Both the position numbers and the translations under genes were made by a program. A stretch of DNA of 64,000 bases, taken from Octopus sinensis. Taxonomy: Eukaryota. A model generated the notes under the pieces. It saw nothing but the letters and a program-made list of their open reading frames with translations. It had not been told where the DNA came from and searched no databases. Where the stretch lies: positions 29,078,001 to 29,142,000 of the forward strand of contig NC_043002.1 of NCBI RefSeq assembly GCF_006345805.1, written 5' to 3'. Below are positions 54,862-64,000 of the stretch, one piece after another. The stretch's first letter is position 1. Each line of letters opens with the position of its first letter.

Positions 54862-55950
54862 CACTGAGGGATAGCTTTATTTACGTACATACAGATACAT
54901 GATTACATGCACGAATATATTTGTATAATTATATGTATGCTGGCATAAACATACAAACCATTCTATTAAACCAAATCATTCTATACAGTAGAATTGATAA
55001 TATACGCTATACTTGAGAGCTGTACATAGATAGCATGTGTAGAGGAAGTGGATGCAAATTACTGATAGATAAATAGATGGTATGGGTTAACAATCATGGA
55101 TCCGGAGTTCACCCAACACCTCAATACTTTAAGCAAGTGTCTTTCTCTATCTCTGAGTATGTATGCGCACTCCTGTGTGCTTATATACATGCATTTATAT
55201 ACGTATGCATTTATGTATACATGTTTCTCACACTCCCTCTCTGTGCATGTTTGTGTGTCTTAATATTTGTTGTGGGAGTTATATTAAATGAATTTTGACA
55301 AATTTCACATATTTGCAGACACATGGACTTTGTAGTTAAACTAGAGCTAAATATTCTAAAGTTGTCATTCAGCTGGAACTTCATGTTTTACTTGAGGGCA
55401 TATTCTAAAAATGTATAATCAAATCTCGGAGTTCGAGTTGAAACGAATTCTACAGTATATATTTATATGCATATATAGATTACTCCTTCGTAACAAGTGC
55501 ACACTCCAAAGCTGCACTCGTCCTTAATCATTCCCGCTTTTTATCTCTTGCACAACAAATACAACGAAGTATGTGTAACTCTGTTCCACTATCTAGAGTT
55601 TTGACTCTCATTGGCTGTTACTCTTTATTCTACTTCTCCCCCCTCTCTCTCTTTATTCATGCACGCTTAAGGAGAAAGGGATAGAGAGAATGAGAGAGAG
55701 ATAGTGACAGACAGAATGAGATACAAGCAAGGAAAGAGATAGAAACAGAGTGTAGAAAAGGTAAAAACGGTGATGATTTCGTGTGAGTGGGAGCTGGAGC
55801 GTACGTTGCTAATGGAAAGATGACCGTTAACTGGATTTTGAGAGGGAGAGAATTAGAGATGAATAGAGTGGGCCATGGGTAGACGGGATATTAAAGAGAA
55901 AAGGGGAAATAAAAGGGTAGAAATAGGAGAAATAGACGACGGAGAGATAG

Positions 55951-55981
<31 letters not shown>

Positions 55982-56119
55982 TTGAGATTGAGAGAGATTG
56001 AGAAAGAGAGAGAGAGAAGATTGTGGCATACGAAATGAAAGTGTGAGATGTTGATAATGGCGATGATAATGATGACGATGATGATAATATTTCTTCTTTT
56101 TCTTCTTCTTCTTCTTATC

Positions 56120-56157
<38 letters not shown>

Positions 56158-56499
56158 GCCGTTGGTATTTGAAGGGGCGGAGGAACAGAAGAAAACGAAG
56201 AAAAAGGGGAACACGAAGGACAGCAAGAAGGATGTGAAGAAGGAGGATGAGGAGGATAAAAAGAAGAAGAAAGACAACCATGAAGGGGAAACTGAAAAGC
56301 GCGAGAGAAAGATGAGGGCGAGAAAGAGAGAGAGAGAGAGAGAGACGGGGTGATAGTGGTTTAGTGGGGAATGCAAAAGATTGTTCGGGATTTAAGTGAA
56401 GGGTAGGAAGGAACATTTAGTGTCACGAAATGTACCGAGAGAATAGGGCTTGATGTGGTTGTAGGGAAATATCTGTCTGTCTGTCTATCTATCTATCTA

Positions 56500-56595
56500 T
56501 ATGTATCTATGTATCTATGTATCTATGTATCTATGTATCTATGTATCTATGTATCTATGTATCTATGTATCTATGTATCTATGTATCTATGTATC

Positions 56596-56598
<3 letters not shown>
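56500..56598. repeat. (TATCTATG)n 8-bp tandem repeat
   Basis: Directly visible. Confidence 0.9.
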
Positions 56599-56658
<60 letters not shown>

Positions 56659-56700
56659 GGCAGTGCATCAGCATGGCCGCAGCTCTGAGCTGAAACTTTA

Positions 56701-56763
<63 letters not shown>

Positions 56764-56781
56764 TAGATAGATAGATAGATC

Positions 56782-56821
<40 letters not shown>

Positions 56822-57512
56822 TAGATAAATAGACAGATAAATAGATACATAACTAGATAGATAGATAGATAGATGGGAAACAAGTGAGAGAGTGAAGGAG
56901 GGTGAGAGAGTAAATGAAAGAAAGAGAAGAAGAGGGAATATTATTCAGTTGTGTTCCTGGTTTTCTGGTCTTTCATTCTTTCATGGCGCAAACGAAACGG
57001 TTTGGAGGAGGTGGCCGGGAGAGGGAGGGTTGAGTATAACAAAATGAAGAGAAAAGTTAAGTGATTAGATTGGTCTAAGCAGCAGAGAGTTAGCTATAGA
57101 AATAAACTGAACATTAAGAATCCCAAAATAAAGGAAATTTCGTGTTGCCTTTAAAGTACATCAACAGATAAAAGCAAGACATTGATTTCAGTAAGTAAAT
57201 AATTATGATATCTCTAAGGTGTTTAGGCTCCAAGTTTCGGAAAGCTTTTGAAATGTAAAGGTTCTTGAGATGTTGGATTTAATTGCTTAAAATAAGGTTA
57301 TAAACAGCAGCTTCGGTATGATTCTGTAAAATCCGCCTGTTCCACGTCAAAGCAATGTGTGCGAAGGACAATTTTGTGTTACGCTTTTTTTTTTTGATGT
57401 CTTAAAATTGCTGAAATAAATACACAAGATATATTGATAAATCAATCAATAGTTTACACATACATACGTGCGTGCATACATACATACATACATACATACA
57501 TACATACATACA

Positions 57513-57543
<31 letters not shown>

Positions 57544-57635
57544 TTACCAAATATATACTCTGTGTGTGTGTCTATATATATATATGTGCACACAACTATA
57601 TAATACATATATATTTGTATATGTACATATATATG

Positions 57636-57691
<56 letters not shown>

Positions 57692-58679
57692 ATATGTATA
57701 TACATGTGTGTGTGTATTTACACACACCTAACTAGTTTTGTGTTTATTGTGCGGTAAGTGCAGTACGATTTTGAGATTCAGGCCAATTTATTTTATATTT
57801 GTCTATCTTTACTAAACATGTTGCCACGTGTTCAGGTTAGCCAAGTATCGTTTAAATTATTTACAAGACAATATGCTGCCATATGTTCAGTTTAACCAAG
57901 TATTTTGTAAATTATTTATAACTCAATATTATAACCATTTATTTGATTAAACAAATAAATTAGTAAAGAGAGCACTCTTGCACATCATCTAACATTTGTT
58001 ATTTAGTCAATCGTCGAATCTTCTCAATTATTGTATTTTTTATTCGAAACTAGAGACATCCTTTGGGGCTAAGAAGTAACTACGTGCCTGTTTCAATCGA
58101 ACAAACAGTTTATCAAGTTTTAATTTATATTAACAGATAATATCAAAATGGGAGATTAAACACTTCAGAGATGCATCTATCTCTGTCTGCCGTCATCTCA
58201 GTACCAATGTAAAATCTTCCATCTTCCCCAGCGCCCAGTATCGCTAACTTAAAAAAAAAGAAAAATACTAATTCAAGTTATACGGGGCCATAGAAACCCC
58301 AAGCAGTACGGCAACAAATGAAACTCTCCGTATAATTTTTTTCGTTGTTTCGCGGGCCCCCATGACTCTGTCACTGTTCAACTCCATCGTTATGGATTTG
58401 AATCGAACGCTTGAGTCATAGTGAATCTCTCATTAGCTGTTTACACGACCATGGACGCCAACCCAATGGCTGCATTGCATTTGTTCTATTTATAGAGCTT
58501 GGGTGGTCCTGATCGTGGACCTAGGATTCTTCCGCTCAGCATCAATTTAAGTGCCGTTGTCTCAGTTGAGTGATTCCGTTACCGCTTCACGAGGAAAACC
58601 CGTAACCATTCAGAGTAGAGTCGTCACCCTGTGAGGTATTTTCAAAGTATCTGTATACCCGCATTTGTAGTAAAGTGTA

Positions 58680-59001
58680 AAGACCCCCTTTGGTATTGAA
58701 TGACCATAGAATTACTCCTAGAAAGTTAAGTTCGGGCAAGGCTATTTATGGAAGACTAGCAGTTGCCCATGCATACCAGCCTCCTCTCTCCACGCCAGCG
58801 ATGTTATCCAAGAGGAAGGCAAAGACCGATACAATTTGGCACCAGTGGCGTCGCAACTCATTTCTACAGCTGAGTGAACTAGGGCATCATGAAATAAAGT
58901 GTCTTGCTGAAGAACACAACACGCAGCCCGGTCCGGGAATCAAACACACTACTTCATGCTTGTGAGCCCGACGCTTTAACCATTGAGCCATGCGTCTTCA
59001 C
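58680..59001 (-). mobile_element. SINE family C
   Basis: Reverse complement of 29307-29632. Confidence 0.85.
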
Positions 59002-61056
59002 ATCTTTGTAGTACAAAACCAACAAAACAGTATTTCTCAGAGGGCTGGGTGTTACTCTAAATAAAACTCTAAATAAAACGGGAGAGATCAAATTGCAATA
59101 CTTTATAAAATAATGATTCGACATTAAAATATAAACAGTAATAATATTAAGAGGGTTTATGAATTAATCCAATTTTTAAACTTGCCAAACACCTTGGTAA
59201 ACAAATAAGAATTATACTGATGTAAAATATGTTTTGTCAAGTGGAGGAGAGATACTAAAATAATTCAGTTATTTAGTGAGGTCACCTGCATATATCGGTA
59301 TGAGGCTCATAAGTAAATAACCACCTAGAGTAACTCTGAGTGGTTGAGAATCGACGAGATATAGTATAGGTAGGCCACTTCTCTTCCTTCAAATAACATT
59401 TTAATCAAATTTCAAACCGCAAACTATTGTCTCCAACCATATTACTAATTGTAGTTCTCGACGGACTAAGTCTGAATAAAAGACGAGGTAGTCACAACTG
59501 GTGCATTTATGTACACAACTCTGCTGGTTCGAAGCACACCTGAAATTAAACAACACTAACAAAAATGGCAACGGACATTAGATAAATACTTAAAGCGACA
59601 AAGTTTTTATCAGGAGTTCTGTACAATAGTAATAGTCCATCTATAGAATCCATCATGACAAAGCTGCTACTGTTGAGCTCGTGATGTTGGTCATTATACG
59701 TAAATTCCCATCTCTCTGTCTGTTTGTCTGTCTGACTGTCTGTCTGACTGTCTGTCTGTCTTTCTCTCTCTCTGTATATATATGTCGAGGATATGTACGT
59801 GTTTCTTGTAAATGGCCGTTATGAGAAAACACAAGAACCATCTTCAGCCGGAGAGAAAATAAGCCATTTTTGGATAGAACTAAATTTTATTTAAGTCACG
59901 AAGAGTGACTTAAATAAAATTAATTTGAAATGTCAATGAATTCAGATCTATTCTCATTGCATACAGAGTATTTACATCTAAGTAGAAGAAGGCTAGTTTA
60001 AAACTATAGCTCGCTCAATAAAGCTTAAATATTTATTCAAAAGTGAGGAATGTATTTTGCCTTGCAGAATTCTATCAAATAGCTTATTAAACACACGCAC
60101 AAGCGCACGCTCACGCATACACACACATACACACCCACTCATATGCGCATGCATACACACACACACACTCACGCTCACACGTACACACTCATTCATACGC
60201 ACATACCTATAATTGTAAATCTATAAACATCACTTACGCTAGAACGAATCTGTAAAACCTTGCGGCAACCTGATGGAATGAAATAGCCAATCAGCAGAGC
60301 AAGAGAGAGCGAGAGAGAGAGAGAAAGAGAGAGTGATGGAGCGAGAGTTGAAGGGTGAGAGATAGGTGGGAGAGAGAGAGAGAGAGAGATTATGGTTATT
60401 ATTTGACAGTTTAATACGGCCAATAAGATGCTGGCCGAAGATGTCTGTGTACGGAAATTTTATAAAGATTCATAAAATTTTATAGGTTTCTACACAAAAG
60501 CACACGCGTCGCACGCACACTCACCCATACATACACATATATATAAGTACGCAAACGCGCACGCAAGTACGCTAAATATCTTCAATGGACATAAGAAAGC
60601 ACGCATATCTATATACATTCAAAACACTCACCTACAAGCAATTTCCGGCAGAGAGGGATAGAAACTCATCCATTTATGTCAATCTCTCTCACTCTCACTT
60701 ATACATATATGTGAATATAAGTGTGTGTGTATGTATGTATTATGTATGTATGTATCTATCTATCTAAACACACACACACACACACACACGCACACTGCAT
60801 TACATTATTTAAAACAGTTTAATTCGGTTCTATGAGACTTTCAGTTTCGCAGGCATCGAACAGAAGCCCGCTTGCGAAACTTTACGGCGAATGAAACCGA
60901 ATCAACATCTTTCAAATAATGCATGTAACTCCTCCTAATTGCTGAGTGTCCTTTTCTTTCATTTGTACACTCATTCATATATATATATATATATAATATA
61001 TATAATATATATATATATCTATATATATATATATATAATATATATATATATATATA

Positions 61057-61291
61057 CCGGAGTAAACACATAAATGTGAAACAATGTGGAAAAAGAGTAC
61101 TCAAATACCAGTGGTAGAGTAATATGCTTTATTTAAAGCAGCAGAAAATTCAACAAAATCTGTTACTCTGAGTTTCTCGTTGCCGTTCATCAGACAGTTT
61201 TTGCTAGATTCTAGCAAAAACTGTCTGATGAACGGCAACGAGAAACTCAGAGTAACAGATTTTGTTGAATTTTCTGCTGCTTTAAATAAAG
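61057..61291. mobile_element. Family H1 element with perfect 165-bp palindrome
   Basis: 82-bp arms at 61127-61208 and 61210-61291; (TA)n on both sides. Confidence 0.85.
61214..61265 (+). ncRNA. Type-I hammerhead ribozyme motif (H1), mirrored on the minus strand at 61153-61204
   Basis: CTGT-CTGATGA-ACG GCAA CGA-GAAA-CTC A GAG-TA-ACAG; canonical core, GNRA loop II, predicted cleavage after 61254. Confidence 0.72.
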
Positions 61292-61302
61292 TATATATAT
61301 AT

Positions 61303-61347
<45 letters not shown>

Positions 61348-61932
61348 ATATATATAATATACATACATACATACATACATACATAACATGCATACACGCA
61401 TACATACATAGATACATATAACATACACTCACACACGGACATACACACACACATATATATATATAAAGGTTAAAGGGCCTTCTCGAATCATATGGTCCTA
61501 AAGCCAGCTTCTCGGAGTCTGTGGTTATCATTGCGCTTAGACAGTATTTGGTGCATTTCTGTACGTTTATCTCCTTATGGTTTTATTCGTGGAATAAGGT
61601 GAATTAGCCGGCAATATGGTTTTGTATGTGTTCAGGTTCTCTTCCATCCGAATTCAAGTAGTCACAAGCGATCAAAAATGAAATGATAGCATGTAGCATG
61701 CTTTCGATGTTTTTGGTGCCTCTCAACCAGCGAGGCGACATAGACACCAGCTTGAATTTCTCGTAGTTAGACTCGGCTGCACACTCAGGTTCAGCTGATT
61801 GGAGAGAGGCAGCTATCCGCTCAATTAAATAGATCAACATCTTGGTGAAAGACATAGTGCCCGATCTAGGAAACCAACCCACGTCATTGCGGACGTAATC
61901 CACCCATCGCAAGCAATACACAAGAAATATAT

Positions 61933-62005
<73 letters not shown>

Positions 62006-62988
62006 TAGATAGATAGATAGATATATAGATAGGAAGATATAGAAAGAGAGAGAGAGAGGGGGGGAGAGAGAGAGCATAGAGATATGATTAGTTCAAATTT
62101 CATATTAAACAGTGTAACGTAATGTAGTTTCAAATGTGTGTGTATATGTGTGATTTTGTGTGTATACACATATGCTCCGAGCCTGTAGACAACTATATCT
62201 ATAGCCGTAAGGGCATGAATTGTTGATTGTCGAGTAACAACTCAAAACGATTTTCTTCTTCGTGGAATAATGAGATTTTAGAAATATCCCTAAATATACA
62301 CAAGAACTAAATGTCGGAGATATTACCGAAACTTGGGATTCTGCAGAGCTAATAGAATTAGGTTCGAATAAAGATCCGTGAGTGGATACTTTAAAATCTG
62401 ATAGGAAAATCTGGATCAAATAATGTAAGGCGTATTTGGTGTATATACCAGCAATTTAGCAAGATAATGGACAAAATGAAATCTTTCTTGAAATGGGATG
62501 CAACAACATTAGATAGTTTGATGATGTGAAGTGTGCGAGAGCAGTGCTTAGCCAAATTTGAGAGCCACTTTAGATAAGAACTGAAATCCAAGAGAAGTGA
62601 GATTCAGAGTGGTAAACATCATAAAGTTTAGTTATTTTTTTATACTTTGAAAATTTACAAATGATGCTTGGGTATTTGGTATTGTAACACAAATTACTTG
62701 ACAAGGGACAAGGAACAAAATTGTAAATCGGTATGATTGCAACTGAAATCTGTGATTTATATAATCCAGCAAACCATTGCTTTCACGGTTTCGTCAACCT
62801 CACAATGCTGGACTATAGATTTGTTGAACAACAGTACTTATTCAGGAAAGAATTTTTGCAAATTTCTTTTATTCTGAAATTACATTCTTCCGTTCTGAAA
62901 TAAAGTAATTTCAGTTTGGTTTATTTAACTATTTAAAAGATATGTGAGTACCAGGTGTTTACTAATATTCATAAATTACACACACTCA

Positions 62989-63028
<40 letters not shown>

Positions 63029-63451
63029 CACAGGCTCGCTCATATATTTACATAGTGAGTGACGCATTGATATAATAACAATATAACCGTTATTCAACGT
63101 TATTCAATAGTGACTGGTGTGTTTCTTTCACATTTCGTTTGTGTAATATAATCGTTAACTTAACTTTAATTATCTCAAGAACTAATTTGTGTTCAATAAA
63201 TGGGAAAGAGATCAACAGATATCTCAATTAGACAGTGTTACGGGGGTTATCTTTTATTTTATTGTAATTATTTCGCCGTTACTAATAAGGGCTTTTTTTA
63301 AAGTTTTACTTCCAGGGAAAGAACGGATTTGCTTGAAGTCGACATACCCACTCCTCGCCCCCTTCATAACACCCCTCAGAGAACTTCATCCCCAAATAGT
63401 TGTTAATCCTCACCTACTTACTATTTCTTTTCATCACGCCCCCTACAATCT

Positions 63452-63565
63452 CTATCTATCATCTTTCTTTCTTTCTTTCCTTCTTTCTTTCCTTCTTTCC
63501 TTCCTTCTTTCTTTCTTTCATTCCTTCTTTCTTTCCTTCATTCCTTCCTTTTTTCCTTCTTTCTT
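63452..63565. repeat. (CTTT/CCTT)n tract
   Basis: Directly visible. Confidence 0.9.
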
Positions 63566-64000
63566 ATAAAAAAATGAGATCCGAAGCGTAATGATACTGT
63601 GTATTTCCATTGAAACGTTCAGCTTTTATCTTATCTTTGAAGATTTCTTCTTCTTGCATTGTTCTTTTTATTGTTCAGTATATTTACACTATATATATTG
63701 GAAAAATAAGATAAGTAGAATGCATGTGTGAGAAATATGTCTTTTATTATTCAAGAGAAGAAACTACGAGAAGTTGGATAGATTTGAAAAATAACAAACT
63801 TCTTTAATTGCTTCAGCCCTAAATTAACAGCAAGCAATTATGTAAAATGGACTATAATTGTTAAGGAAGTTGTCCAATCGATATGGACCCCAATGCGCAG
63901 TTGGTGCTTTCATTCTTTCAGTGTCGAAGAAATGAAAAGCAAAACTTATCTCGAAATAGTAAGAATGCAAAGAGATTAAAAGAATTTGAACAAAGAATGT

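Noticed and set aside
61604-61925. Higher-GC minus-strand reading frame (LVYCLRWVDY...HIAG)
   Set aside because: No family recognised and the N-terminus is microsatellite; it needs BLASTx and RNA-seq, so no call is made

Overview
Gene-poor, AT-rich, repeat-dominated eukaryotic DNA, most likely intergenic or intronic. The microsatellite density and SINE families look like a cephalopod (Octopus) genome; that is recognition and inference, not a database result. No intact protein-coding gene is supported, and nearly all listed ORFs are translations of microsatellites. Content: at least four tRNA-headed SINE families; decayed Tx1/L1-like, R4/Dong-like and CR1-group LINE fragments; mariner fragments and MITEs; a hAT MITE with its 8-bp TSD; two non-autonomous Helitrons; a ~3-kb 26-bp minisatellite; and a ~1.25-kb tandem duplication that may be an assembly artefact. 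The most notable signal is a set of at least three unrelated short repeat families lying in (TA)n tracts. Each carries a minimal type-I hammerhead-ribozyme-like fold, and each has at least one copy in a fold-back arrangement, including a perfect 165-bp palindrome at 61127-61291. This is consistent with non-autonomous Penelope-like/retrozyme-type elements. Coordinates were counted by hand and repeat boundaries are approximate.
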